A DNA stretch of 64,000 bases from a virus: the IMG/VR virus record IMGVR_UViG_3300044981_000387, positions 32,001 to 96,000 of that record. One strand, given 5' to 3'. Below, piece after piece: positions 44,242 through 53,916 of the stretch. The notes beneath the pieces were generated by a model that did not search any database, was not told the DNA's origin, and saw nothing but the letters and a program-made list of their open reading frames with translations. Numbering within the stretch: position 1 is the stretch's first letter; each line of letters opens with the position of its first letter. The position numbers were made by a program, and so were the translations under genes.

Positions 44242-44462
44242 TAGTCCTCATTGCTTGGTCGCTTACGGATGATCACAACCTCGGGAACTTTAGCTTCCGT
44301 TTGGTTAGAAAAATTGCATTTGCGACACTTAATTTTCTTGTTAATAGCACGAGCATTGCCGACAATATCTGCCTCACCCAAACATATTTTACAACGTAAA
44401 ATCTTCATAATATTATCTATATCACTCTTCGTGATCAAATGATACAATAGTGAAACGATCAT
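44241..44462 (-). CDS. small zinc-ribbon protein (true start probably internal MKILRC)
   Basis: CKIC...CRKC. Confidence 0.5.
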   Translation of the reverse strand: MIVSLLYHLITKSDIDNIMKILRCKICLGEADIVGNARAINKKIKCRKCNFSNQTEAKVPEVVIIRKRPSNED

Positions 44463-44937
44463 CCAATAAGGGCTCTACTATCGGTTTCACATCTGCCCAT
44501 ACTAATCCGCCTATCCCTACACCCATCCTTGGACATACGATCCCCTTCAACTCAAACCTATATACCATCTTAACTAATTCTTCTGCCGACTGTTTAATTA
44601 GAGATAATTTGGCTCCCTCTAATAAACTATCAATAGTAGGAAAACTAATTATTAGTGTCTTAAACTTTTTCTCCTTAATTATTTTAAGAGATGGTTCAAT
44701 ATAATTTCCTTCTTTATCTAAAGCACCAATTACGAATGGAACATTAGTTCCAAAGTTCTTTAAGCATTTACCTAACCTTAAACTGGTCTCTGGCCAACGA
44801 CGTGCACACACGCCCGCACAACCACCGCCCATACACGCCTCACCATCCTCAGTATAGTGTGAATTAGTAGTGATGCAAATGGCATCCACACCTTCTTCCA
44901 TAATGGTAGCGAACAAATCGGCTTTACGTTCTTTCAT
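44422..44937 (-). CDS. macrodomain (ADP-ribose-processing) protein
   Basis: DAICITTN, MGGGCAG, ISFPT, PRMGVGIGGLVW. Confidence 0.85.
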   Translation of the reverse strand: MKERKADLFATIMEEGVDAICITTNSHYTEDGEACMGGGCAGVCARRWPETSLRLGKCLKNFGTNVPFVIGALDKEGNYIEPSLKIIKEKKFKTLIISFPTIDSLLEGAKLSLIKQSAEELVKMVYRFELKGIVCPRMGVGIGGLVWADVKPIVEPLLDDRFTIVSFDHEE

Positions 44938-45287
44938 GGCAGAGCTCCGAAATCTTTGAGAATACTATCAGCATACTCTCTAATAGTTGGAGAGGGATCG
45001 ATAGTAGACATAGATTGTAATTTATCAAGAATGTCTTGAGGCGGCTTCTTCTCCATGTAAAAAGAAGAAAGGCCAATCATAGCGCCTTCGCGTACCACAG
45101 CGTTGATATGTTTGAGTAGTTGTCGAAGAGTGGGAAGCACCATATTTTCGTCGGTAACTTCACCACCTAACAACTCAGCCCCAAAAGTCAACAAATAGGT
45201 GTCGGCGTTGGGGCTGGTTAAAAGACGTACAAGTTCTTTGGGATTGTTTTGTACCATAGCTTTGAGTTGGATTTCGGAGTAGCTCAT
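44934..45287 (-). CDS. HEAT-repeat protein
   Basis: LLKHINAVVREGAMIGL; DPSPTIREYA. Confidence 0.7.
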   Translation of the reverse strand: MSYSEIQLKAMVQNNPKELVRLLTSPNADTYLLTFGAELLGGEVTDENMVLPTLRQLLKHINAVVREGAMIGLSSFYMEKKPPQDILDKLQSMSTIDPSPTIREYADSILKDFGALP

Positions 45288-46006
45288 CTGACCTCGTAGT
45301 TGGATTGGTAATAGACTTGTTTAGCTGAAACTTGTATAATTTCTTTCGTCTCCCATATTAAAGCGCTTAGGCGCCCGCCGAAGCAGCAGCCCGTATCCAA
45401 ACCATAACAGGTGACACCGGAAGCCTTTTCTTCAATGAGTGGGTTCTCAAAAGAGCAAACATTATGGCCATAGACAACGGATTTAGGGCCATACCAAAAA
45501 TCCGTCCAAAAGATGGCACCCGCCTCTTTTTTACCGAGCTTGTTAATTTTCTTTAGACTAACAAATCTTCGATTAGCGTCAGTATATCGCAGATACATCA
45601 AATCATCTTTGGTTTGATTAGAAAGCAAAATGCCGGGCTTTAACCCGGCATGCACAGCGACAACATCTTCCAACTCAATATAAGTTGGCATGTTAACAAT
45701 ATAGTTTATGTCCTCATCAGATAATTTAGTATAAAAATCTTTGCGATCGTAAACGTCTACCCTAGAACCTTGAGATCGAAACCATTTGAGGAACTTATGT
45801 TCATGATTACCCATGACACACTCCAAGTTCAACTCCCTAGCTCTCTTGACTACCGCCAAAGAGTCTGGGCCCCTGTCCACCAAGTCTCCTAATAAGATAA
45901 GTCTATCATGTTCCGCATTATATGAGAGCTTTTGCAGCAACTCATTAAACTCATCTACACATCCGTGTATATCGCCAACAAATATAAGACGCTCTTTAAT
46001 TTCCAT
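45284..46006 (-). CDS. metallophosphoesterase (ApaH / Ser-Thr phosphatase family)
   Basis: VGDIHGC, GDLVDRGP, GNHE, HAG, YGH, GLDTGCCFGG. Confidence 0.9.
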   Translation of the reverse strand: MEIKERLIFVGDIHGCVDEFNELLQKLSYNAEHDRLILLGDLVDRGPDSLAVVKRARELNLECVMGNHEHKFLKWFRSQGSRVDVYDRKDFYTKLSDEDINYIVNMPTYIELEDVVAVHAGLKPGILLSNQTKDDLMYLRYTDANRRFVSLKKINKLGKKEAGAIFWTDFWYGPKSVVYGHNVCSFENPLIEEKASGVTCYGLDTGCCFGGRLSALIWETKEIIQVSAKQVYYQSNYEVR

Positions 46007-46265
46007 CCCTCTTCAACTCTTCTTTCTTGCCACTATCAATAGAGGGTTGCGGATCATCAAAGACAAGTAAAGTTCGACCTTCATGTCCATGAACCTGTAT
46101 CACATCATCAATAGAATGATAAAGATTAATGCTGCCATACTTACCTAGCCAGTGAACAACAGCCTCACCAGTATCAGTAAATAAGCAACCTTCTGCTACT
46201 CTTCCGCAACCACTTACGCCTGACGCATCTTCCAATCTATCGAAATGAAATCTACGTAATCCCAT
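45996..46265 (-). CDS. hypothetical phage protein
   Basis: RLEDASGVSGCGRVAEG motif. Confidence 0.65.
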   Translation of the reverse strand: MGLRRFHFDRLEDASGVSGCGRVAEGCLFTDTGEAVVHWLGKYGSINLYHSIDDVIQVHGHEGRTLLVFDDPQPSIDSGKKEELKRDGN

Positions 46266-46316
46266 AAAAGTATCCTTGGTTATTCCCTCGTATAATTGAT
46301 GTCTCGTTATTCACAT

Positions 46317-46344
46317 AATATAACTCAGCTCCCAAGGGCGTCAA
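46317..46344 (-). promoter_or_regulatory. sigma70-type promoter
   Basis: TTGACG-16 nt-TATATT. Confidence 0.55.
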
Positions 46345-46350
46345 GAGCCA

Positions 46351-47031
46351 TTATTTTGCTAATTTCAGCTTATTCTTAATAATTTCCTGGTCTTTCCAAT
46401 GTTCTGACGTCTGCACATGATTAGCACGCACGCACTTCATTACACAGGTTGAAAAGTCTTTATCATCAAATAATTCAGAAACACGAACCACTACGCCCTC
46501 TCTTATACCACCACAAGCAGAGGGTTGAATCATTAAAGATTCCGTTAATTCTCGCAATTCTTTTTCAGAATGAACTTGTCCATCCCATAACACCGGAACG
46601 GTGGGCACTTCAATTTCTTGTGCCCACATTTTCACCTCTTCCCAAGAAGCCCAATCATCAAAATCACGATCATAAGGGTTTAGATATCTAACACCAAATA
46701 AAAGAAAATATCCTGGTAATTCTGAATATTCAATAGAATGTTTAGCATAACACCACTCACCAAATAATTGTTCACAGCCGCCAATATGATGTTTGATTGC
46801 GGCGTGTAAAGCTTTAAGACCATCAAAGGATGCGTGGGAAGGCGGACCTGAATGGGTGCGGGCAAAGCATCCAGTTAATTCCAGTGAGGTATTGCTGCCA
46901 TCGACCTTTTCCGTAATAACAATGGGGACACCGATAAGACGAGACAGATCGGTAGCGATCTTGTCGTCATTAGTTGCACCCTTGCTCCATGGTAAATGGA
47001 AAGTGCGATTGTATTTAGGGGAATCCATCAT
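46351..47031 (-). CDS. ATP-dependent RNA ligase family protein (stand-alone nucleotidyltransferase domain)
   Basis: KYNRTFHLPWS, TEKVDGSN (motif I), GEW, EGVVVR, KCVR. Confidence 0.85.
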   Translation of the reverse strand: MMDSPKYNRTFHLPWSKGATNDDKIATDLSRLIGVPIVITEKVDGSNTSLELTGCFARTHSGPPSHASFDGLKALHAAIKHHIGGCEQLFGEWCYAKHSIEYSELPGYFLLFGVRYLNPYDRDFDDWASWEEVKMWAQEIEVPTVPVLWDGQVHSEKELRELTESLMIQPSACGGIREGVVVRVSELFDDKDFSTCVMKCVRANHVQTSEHWKDQEIIKNKLKLAK

Positions 47032-47048
47032 TATTCTCGCATATTTAC

Positions 47049-47435
47049 ATGATTGAATTGATCACACACGGTATTAATTTACTACGATGTAAGTTTAGGG
47101 ATGTTGGCATTTCGACTAAACGATCGGGTCGGTGGCCCACGGTGGAGAAACATTTCCGAGAAGAACATCCAACTTGTGCCGCATGTGGTGGAACTAAAAA
47201 CATTAACATCCATCACATTCATCCTTTTCATGTTTTTCCAGCTTTAGAATTAGATCCCAATAATTTAATAACATTATGCATGGGAAAATTAGAATGCCAC
47301 CTTCAACTTGGACATTTTGGAAACTTCAAGTTTTACAATCCCAATATTAGAAAAGATGCTGCCACAGTTTTGGCTTATCCCGATAAGTTTGATGATATCG
47401 TTAAAGAATCTATGGCTAATAGAAAAGTTAACTAA
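47049..47435 (+). CDS. HNH endonuclease
   Basis: CAACG...HHIHPF...NNLITLC...CH..H. Confidence 0.85.
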   Translation: MIELITHGINLLRCKFRDVGISTKRSGRWPTVEKHFREEHPTCAACGGTKNINIHHIHPFHVFPALELDPNNLITLCMGKLECHLQLGHFGNFKFYNPNIRKDAATVLAYPDKFDDIVKESMANRKVN

Positions 47436-48168
47436 CCAACAAAAAATGTCTCATCCTAGACTTTTTCACATATTTGGCAAACTTCTTAATCTCTTCGTTG
47501 TTGCCGCTATCCAATACAGCTTGCTCTAATTTCTCAACATTGGCTAATTTAATTTTACCAGCCAACAACCTAATATAGGTAAAAGACCCTAGAGCAATAA
47601 TTAAGTCTTCAATCTGGCGTATATCTTCAGAATTATTTAGATGCTTGGCTAGCTCGAATAAATATCTAGGTTTGCCAGAGGCAAGAATAACTTGCTTGAA
47701 CTTACTAACTTTTGCCTGTTTAACATGCTTAAGATACATATGAGCATATTTTACTTTGTTGGAATCTATAATTATTTTTTCTAAAATAGAATGGTCGGCA
47801 GATTCAACAAAACAAGCAAAATGGGTAATATATTTTATTTTCTTGGACTTGACTACTAGGTTTTGTAAAGCCTTAATATCAGCATGAGGTATATGTCGAG
47901 CAAACATAAAAGCATATTTAGGATCTTTGTTATCTAAAATAACTTTTTGCATTCTAAATTGTTTATAAGGAAACTCGTTAGCACAAAAATAAGCAAAAGC
48001 AGAGTTATTATCTTTTACAATCTCGTTTTGTAATTTCTCTACTTCTTCGATGTTATAACCGTTTTTATCTTTGCTATACGGGTTAGTTTTAAGTTTTCTC
48101 TCACTCAAAAGTTTATCCCATTGTAGGGAATCTTCGCTATAATCATTCTCCGGTATGTATCCACTCAT
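47428..48168 (-). CDS. helical tandem-repeat protein
   Basis: about six 28-29-aa repeats beginning KY/RY/TY. Confidence 0.65.
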   Translation of the reverse strand: MSGYIPENDYSEDSLQWDKLLSERKLKTNPYSKDKNGYNIEEVEKLQNEIVKDNNSAFAYFCANEFPYKQFRMQKVILDNKDPKYAFMFARHIPHADIKALQNLVVKSKKIKYITHFACFVESADHSILEKIIIDSNKVKYAHMYLKHVKQAKVSKFKQVILASGKPRYLFELAKHLNNSEDIRQIEDLIIALGSFTYIRLLAGKIKLANVEKLEQAVLDSGNNEEIKKFAKYVKKSRMRHFLLVS

Positions 48169-48199
48169 ACCTTATATATATCATAATTAACATTCAATG

Positions 48200-49405
48200 T
48201 TAAATAACAGATAGTATTTTATCAATAAACGAATCTGGCCATGTGCCATCCTTACGACTTTTTTCAATAAAGTCTTTAGCCGAATTAGCCTTTTCATTAT
48301 AAATATGATAAAACATAGCCGGCATACTTGGATTATATTTTTGCACAGTTAGGGCAAAAGTCTTTTTATCAGGCGCAACAGATCGTGCCTCTGCAGTAAT
48401 TATTTGCACTAACTCCTCTTGTTTTTTGAGCCATATCACAAATCTCTCTTTAAGAGAGGCAAGGTTAGCCTGTATTTCTTGTGGTAAGAAAGAGGCAGCA
48501 TCATCGTCTTTGCCCAATAAAATCAGCTCCAAACAATTTCTTGGAGAGGTAGCAAGGCTTTCCCTAATTTTGGAAGCTGCCACATAAGCAGCATTCTTAA
48601 CTTTGATTCGATTGAAGTTGGCATCTCGTATTACCACGCCCTCGTGTTCCATTGGATTGAGCGAAGAAACCCAATCCAAAAGTTCAGACACAGAGGTGTA
48701 GGTGTGTGCCTGCACATGCTGAATACCTATGATACAAATATCGCTACTATTATGTTCTAGTCCAGTAACTATATTGCGTGCTGCCAAAAGCGTCACATGA
48801 TTATCAGGATAATAAACTACTATCCTGTTGTAAGGAGTGGTTAGCTCAAAACAATATGTAGTATTTTTATCCAACTGATCGGTTAGATCTTGAAATGAAT
48901 ATTTGGCAGTATCCTGCACCGCTTTCTCAAAAAGAGTTCGGAAAGTGAAGATACCATTATCCATTAACAAGTCAGCCTCGGGCACGCTACGGGTAGCTAC
49001 ACACCACTGATTAGTGAAGGGGTCGTAATAAACAATACACAGGGTGCCATCTAACTTTTCTAAGACCGCCAAGTTAGGATCGCTCCAATTGATAGGAGCG
49101 GCTGATCCTTGACCGATATTAAAAAACCTTCGCATTGGATATGCTAGTATTCTAGTCTTACCCGGAATGGTAGCATCTCTGGTAGCAAAACCAGTAGTTC
49201 CAGTAGCAAGAATATATTGACCATCCTCACAAGCCAAAACTAACCCTCGACACTCTTGTGCCAAAGGATCGGCTTCCTTCGCTTCGATCTGATCATAGTT
49301 GAGAGAGAACTTGTGCCCTGACTTAGAGAAGGAGGCATAGACACCGTGTTGCTCCTGTAGCTCCTTGAAAGTATGAGTCTCTAAAAACTTTTGCACCAAT
49401 AACAT
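48200..49405 (-). CDS. T4 Rnl1-like RNA ligase
   Basis: LNYDQ, ECRGL, PMRRFFN, LEKLDGT, FEL, EGVVIR, KVKNAAY. Confidence 0.88.
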   Translation of the reverse strand: MLLVQKFLETHTFKELQEQHGVYASFSKSGHKFSLNYDQIEAKEADPLAQECRGLVLACEDGQYILATGTTGFATRDATIPGKTRILAYPMRRFFNIGQGSAAPINWSDPNLAVLEKLDGTLCIVYYDPFTNQWCVATRSVPEADLLMDNGIFTFRTLFEKAVQDTAKYSFQDLTDQLDKNTTYCFELTTPYNRIVVYYPDNHVTLLAARNIVTGLEHNSSDICIIGIQHVQAHTYTSVSELLDWVSSLNPMEHEGVVIRDANFNRIKVKNAAYVAASKIRESLATSPRNCLELILLGKDDDAASFLPQEIQANLASLKERFVIWLKKQEELVQIITAEARSVAPDKKTFALTVQKYNPSMPAMFYHIYNEKANSAKDFIEKSRKDGTWPDSFIDKILSVI

Positions 49406-49406
49406 T

Positions 49407-49820
49407 TTACTTATTAAACCTCACACCATTATTAGCCATATGTTTAATAATAGTTTCTCCAATATATTTGGATTCATCCGCTATCTTTTGTAGATCGGGT
49501 AAAGGTATTCGTTCTCTCTCTTCTTTTTCTAAAGAATGAAAAATCCAATTATCTCCGTATTTATCTTTGAGGTGAGCATAAAATTGTTCATCGGTGAGAG
49601 TAAATAAATCATTAAGAAACTGTAAATTACGAGACATTTTAATGGTAAAAACTCGTCCGATCATTTTCATTAAATTAGACTGAAGTGTTCGTAATTGATC
49701 GTCCGACATTTCTTGCACTTCATCGCTTTCCATAATTTGGCTCAAGCCATATCGGAAATCTAAAATAAAACGTTCACCCTCTTCGGTCAAAGAACCATTT
49801 TCCTTAAAAAGATTTTTCAT
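49407..49820 (-). CDS. hypothetical protein
   Basis: likely start MKNLF at 49820. Confidence 0.6.
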   Translation of the reverse strand: MKNLFKENGSLTEEGERFILDFRYGLSQIMESDEVQEMSDDQLRTLQSNLMKMIGRVFTIKMSRNLQFLNDLFTLTDEQFYAHLKDKYGDNWIFHSLEKEERERIPLPDLQKIADESKYIGETIIKHMANNGVRFNK

Positions 49821-49821
49821 A

Positions 49822-50061
49822 TCAGTCCCTAGTAGTAAGCAGTGCCATGACGCATACGCCGCTGGCAATAGCGGCTGCCCAACTGACCGGATGAGAAGAC
49901 ACGACCATAAAAATATGTGCAGAGCTGGGCCAATAGGTCAGCAACAGATATCGTATGCCAACCCAGCCAGCACATAATAAAATGAGCTTCCATAGCCAGC
50001 CGTCAATAAACAGCATCCAAACTATGTAAAGAACAATGAGCGAAACAATGCCGAAAATCAT
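49822..50061 (-). CDS. small membrane protein
   Basis: three hydrophobic segments. Confidence 0.6.
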   Translation of the reverse strand: MIFGIVSLIVLYIVWMLFIDGWLWKLILLCAGWVGIRYLLLTYWPSSAHIFMVVSSHPVSWAAAIASGVCVMALLTTRD

Positions 50062-50067
50062 GGGTAT

Positions 50068-50095
50068 ATCTTAATTCTTATAAATTGGTTGTCAA
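50068..50095 (-). promoter_or_regulatory. conserved early-type promoter, copy A
   Basis: TTGACA ACCAATTTATAAGAAT TAAGAT. Confidence 0.7.
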
Positions 50096-50412
50096 GCCTG
50101 AGGCAGCATGGCATCGATAACTTCTACAATATCTGCCGACCTCAGCGCCTCTAATACTGGCTCTAGCTTTTTCTCGTCAAACTCAATTAATATCTGAGGC
50201 TCTGGTGAGTAGTCTTTAACTAATTTAATAGACTTATCATCTAATAATGTTTTAAGCTCTTTCTTGAATTGTTTGATAGATTGCTGACATAATTCTTCGC
50301 GTAACTTCTGTTCTTCCTCTTTCTTGACCTTTTTGCCTTTGAGATCTAGGTATTCCATCTTGAGAAAAATAAGGCGCCTTTTATCTGCCATGATAATCAT
50401 CGCCTTCGGCAA
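50092..50412 (-). CDS. hypothetical protein
   Basis: 106-aa ORF. Confidence 0.6.
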   Translation of the reverse strand: MPKAMIIMADKRRLIFLKMEYLDLKGKKVKKEEEQKLREELCQQSIKQFKKELKTLLDDKSIKLVKDYSPEPQILIEFDEKKLEPVLEALRSADIVEVIDAMLPQA

Positions 50413-50572
50413 CCAGAGTGATTACCCTTTTTCGTTGATCACCCTCGCCAACAAAATCATCTACACAATGATTTACCGGGGTGGGTTTTCCATTCACATA
50501 AACATAAACCTCACCAAGAGCATTATAACCACAAACTTCGGCTAAAAGTTTCAATAGATAAATAATTTTCAT
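50381..50572 (-). CDS. hypothetical protein
   Basis: 63-aa ORF. Confidence 0.5.
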   Translation of the reverse strand: MKIIYLLKLLAEVCGYNALGEVYVYVNGKPTPVNHCVDDFVGEGDQRKRVITLVAEGDDYHGR

Positions 50573-50836
50573 TTATATTCTCTCTAAAAAATAGAACTCC
50601 ACGAACTCTTCTTTAGCTGCCCCATTATCATTGATAACTTTGTAAGCATTGATGCGCAGATCTTTTAGATCAGGAGATATCTCACACCTAGATACTTCCA
50701 CATACTCACCTGGCTCTAGAGTGACTAATTTAGTTTTAGGTTGTAAAACGGTGGGTGGCTGAGAAACAACCTCATAGCCAGGCACCATAGCTACTTGACT
50801 AAAAACTTTTTTGAGAAGAACGAAAACTTGACTCAT
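50573..50836 (-). CDS. hypothetical protein
   Basis: likely start MSQVF at 50836; the longer ORF-track start overlaps the upstream gene. Confidence 0.55.
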   Translation of the reverse strand: MSQVFVLLKKVFSQVAMVPGYEVVSQPPTVLQPKTKLVTLEPGEYVEVSRCEISPDLKDLRINAYKVINDNGAAKEEFVEFYFLERI

Positions 50837-50837
50837 A

Positions 50838-51101
50838 TTAATTTTGAGTCTTTTTATCGGGCGTTTCATGACTAATTGTTCCGCCACAATCAGGGCAAAC
50901 ATTATCATTTTCTTGATTCCACTCTTCCCAAAACTCTTCCTGTGTCCATCCCACCGAAGACAAAAATAGCACCCATAGAGCTTGACACCTATCATCAATT
51001 TCCTCTCCATCGCCAGCCCCAAAAACAAAATGTAGCGTATCGAATACCTGATACACACTGTCGTAGTCCATTCTATCAATATTTTTCATTTTAATCTCCA
51101 A
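50838..51101 (-). CDS. hypothetical acidic protein with zinc ribbon
   Basis: CPDCG near the C-terminus. Confidence 0.6.
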   Translation of the reverse strand: MEIKMKNIDRMDYDSVYQVFDTLHFVFGAGDGEEIDDRCQALWVLFLSSVGWTQEEFWEEWNQENDNVCPDCGGTISHETPDKKTQN

Positions 51102-51366
51102 TCACTTCACGCCACAGTTGTTCCATGATACCCTTAAACTCGGGGCCCAAAGTTCTCAAAACATCTTTAGACTCTAGTTTATGTGTAATGGTGCCATTAA
51201 AACAATTAGCAGGACCACTACTACCGCCATGATTATGGCAACCATATCCTGCACAAAAGCCACAACGATATTCTAATATGATGCAGCTAACACCGGACTC
51301 TAAATCTATAGAGATCTGAAGTTTAGGTTTAGTTAATTCTATTCTTTCAATTAGTTCTACTTTCAT
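51091..51366 (-). CDS. hypothetical protein
   Basis: likely start MKVEL at 51366; CGFCAGYGC. Confidence 0.55.
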   Translation of the reverse strand: MKVELIERIELTKPKLQISIDLESGVSCIILEYRCGFCAGYGCHNHGGSSGPANCFNGTITHKLESKDVLRTLGPEFKGIMEQLWREVIGD

Positions 51367-51374
51367 AATACCTC

Positions 51375-52361
51375 TTAAAAATCGCCAGGTGCAACCTGAA
51401 AACAAGTCAGCCCTTTAGACCTCCAGAAGTCCACAACACTCGACCTATCATCCAAAACCAGCAACACATTATACTTACCTTCAATGTGTTCTTGATAGAT
51501 TTCTTCCTTGATGATAGCATCCTTACGGAAGTCATCAGTCTTACGCATATGAAGGTCGTATGGGATTGGTAGGACTGCGTTGGTTAGGTTTCCCTTCATT
51601 AGGTTATCGCAACCAATGGAGCTACGGCACCACTTCTCAATAAACCTAACGGTCTCTGGACGATATTTATCTTCTCTGCCTGAGCAGAAAATGATTCGGC
51701 GTCCAGCCCTATAATGAGCTAACACCGTCTCTATCACGGGAGTGTTAGGCAGATCCTTCTGATCGCAATCGGAAGCATCATAAGGGCTGCGATTGTGTAT
51801 CAAGGCTAGGGTGCCGTCCAAGTCACAAATGACCGCTTCTGGTAAGCTAGAATCATAAGCTGGGCCTTCCACCGTTTGACTGTGGTGTCCCATCTGTTGT
51901 GTATATATTTCCACACGCGGCTTATAGAATCGGAATTGCTTGCCACCAGAATCTTTCCACCATTTCCTGACCACATCATCCGGCACGCGAGCCGCACCTT
52001 CACGTTTGGAGTTGCGTTCCAAAGCCTCCTCAAGTTCGATATAAAAAGCCTTCTCAAACACCTGCACATCCACATTGACCGATTTGGCAATCTTGCACAC
52101 ATCGTCAAAGTGGCGACGGTTCAAGTTGAGGTTGTCGATGATGATGTTCTTCCCACGCTTCATGGCATCTCGTATCAAGTAATTACGAGCATCGGTAATG
52201 ATCTTTTCATAATCCGAAGACCAGACCGAACCATTCATCATGGCTCGTAGATCATCATTGTTGATACGAACCCAATTGGATGGATCTTTGGCGATGACTT
52301 GCTTGGCGTAAGTGCTCTTGCCAGATCCGGGGATCCCTACTAACATTTCTACTTTAATCAT
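51375..52361 (-). CDS. polynucleotide 5'-kinase/3'-phosphatase (T4 PseT-like)
   Basis: VGIPGSGKST, RINNDDLR, HAD ICDLDGTL, SGR, RKTDDFRKD, LDDR. Confidence 0.92.
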   Translation of the reverse strand: MIKVEMLVGIPGSGKSTYAKQVIAKDPSNWVRINNDDLRAMMNGSVWSSDYEKIITDARNYLIRDAMKRGKNIIIDNLNLNRRHFDDVCKIAKSVNVDVQVFEKAFYIELEEALERNSKREGAARVPDDVVRKWWKDSGGKQFRFYKPRVEIYTQQMGHHSQTVEGPAYDSSLPEAVICDLDGTLALIHNRSPYDASDCDQKDLPNTPVIETVLAHYRAGRRIIFCSGREDKYRPETVRFIEKWCRSSIGCDNLMKGNLTNAVLPIPYDLHMRKTDDFRKDAIIKEEIYQEHIEGKYNVLLVLDDRSSVVDFWRSKGLTCFQVAPGDF

Positions 52362-52362
52362 T

Positions 52363-52731
52363 TTAGGAACCTACATCCAATCTAATTGTCTTTTTCTTAT
52401 AATCTACATTGATGCCTACGATAGACAAATCTCCAATATCATGACCATAAATGCCATAACGACCGCAACCCATATCTGTATCCATAGTAGCATCTTCTAC
52501 ATCATAAGTCTTTTGATATGACTTACCAATCACAGAAAGTAGTTTAGTTAAACCCATACCATTTTTGCCAGTTCGGATTTTGTAGTGTGCTGGATAGCTT
52601 AAGGGATAATCGATCTTCAACTCGAAGGTTTGATTGGCTGGAAGTTTTTGGAACTCTTTTCTGCTCCAAATACCTAATAGATGCGTAACGGGAATAAACA
52701 CCGTAATATTTTGTTTAGCTTTCTTTTTCAT
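52363..52731 (-). CDS. hypothetical protein
   Basis: 122-aa ORF, YGIYGHDIGDL. Confidence 0.6.
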   Translation of the reverse strand: MKKKAKQNITVFIPVTHLLGIWSRKEFQKLPANQTFELKIDYPLSYPAHYKIRTGKNGMGLTKLLSVIGKSYQKTYDVEDATMDTDMGCGRYGIYGHDIGDLSIVGINVDYKKKTIRLDVGS

Positions 52732-52984
52732 ATAGGTCTTTCATCTCTTCTAAATATTGATATTGTGCCTCCGAAGAATAATCGGGTGGAGATACTTTCT
52801 CCGCTACTTCCATTTCTATATCCCAGGCAGTCTCAAACTGAAAATCAAGAACGAAACCAGATAGCACAGTCCATAACCAGTTCTTACGCATGGAGACGAT
52901 AGTCCATCCATACTTTTTACCACGAGTTTCCATGAATTCATGTATCTTTTCTGGCTTACCGAAAAACATTTCTTTCCTAATCAT
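52715..52984 (-). CDS. hypothetical protein
   Basis: 89-aa ORF. Confidence 0.55.
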   Translation of the reverse strand: MIRKEMFFGKPEKIHEFMETRGKKYGWTIVSMRKNWLWTVLSGFVLDFQFETAWDIEMEVAEKVSPPDYSSEAQYQYLEEMKDLYEKES

Positions 52985-53916
52985 TGAAAAAACTCCGCTT
53001 GATCTACGTATTGAATGCCGGCACGTGCCGCAAAGGTTTTGTCAGTAGTCATATCCCCGACAAAAATTGTATCTTTACGAGATAATTTGTGTTTCAACAT
53101 GAACTCAACGAAAACACCAACCATAGGTTTGCGACAATAACAGCTAATTGGGGCAGATTGATGAGGACAAAATCGATACTCGATATCCAGGCCCAACTGC
53201 TGGTTAGTATAATCAAATAATTCCACAGCCTTCTCATAAGTTAATTCTCCTTTGGCTACACCACTTTGATTAGAAACCCCTAACAATAAATAACCTTTGT
53301 CTTTATAAGACTGCAACACTGCTTTACGGTTAGGCTTCATTTCTATTTGTTCTTTAATCACTGGATACTTATCATTACCATTGATACACTCACGCAAGGT
53401 GCCGTCATAATCAACTATAACCGCCTTGTTGGTAAACTCGGGGTTTTCTTGTCGAACAAACTTAAAGACTTCTACCTTGGAAAAACCTTCCGATACTTCT
53501 GGTTTTTGGAAATCCTTCTTATACTTGAATAAAACCAAAGGAGGAAAAATATTAGGGTGTTTGGCACTTTTGATCTTTTCGGGTGTGGGGAACTCGCCCA
53601 GTAGCTTGATAGCTCGTTGCACCGCATTGAACTGTGCCTCCTCAATAGAAGTTCCCATTAACACACAGCTAATATCGGCGCCATATCGTTTAGCCAATTC
53701 TATAAATGGCTTGCGAGTCTCGGCAGTGGCGAATAGGTTGTCCAGCACCACATCCTTACCACTAACTAATAAGTCTTGCATCTTGGGAAGTAAAGCAGCA
53801 ATAGTGCCACCCTCTGTGTCCCTATTAAGGGAGACATAATTTTGAGCCACAAAATCTTTAGTTAAAGTTGACTTGCCGCTACTTGGGGCACCAACTACCA
53901 TCTTAACTCTTGCCAT
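52981..53916 (-). CDS. second kinase-phosphatase fusion (AAA_33 kinase plus HAD-IIIA phosphatase), PNKP-like
   Basis: VGAPSSGKST, NRD, DNL...RK; DYDGTLR, SNQSG, CYCRKP, GDMTTD. Confidence 0.88.
   Translation of the reverse strand: MARVKMVVGAPSSGKSTLTKDFVAQNYVSLNRDTEGGTIAALLPKMQDLLVSGKDVVLDNLFATAETRKPFIELAKRYGADISCVLMGTSIEEAQFNAVQRAIKLLGEFPTPEKIKSAKHPNIFPPLVLFKYKKDFQKPEVSEGFSKVEVFKFVRQENPEFTNKAVIVDYDGTLRECINGNDKYPVIKEQIEMKPNRKAVLQSYKDKGYLLLGVSNQSGVAKGELTYEKAVELFDYTNQQLGLDIEYRFCPHQSAPISCYCRKPMVGVFVEFMLKHKLSRKDTIFVGDMTTDKTFAARAGIQYVDQAEFFQ

Noticed and set aside
50837-51079. 5' extension of ORF 50573..51079 in the ORF track
   Set aside because: It fully overlaps gene 50838-51101 in another frame; the internal ATG at 50836 abuts that gene's stop and is the likely start.
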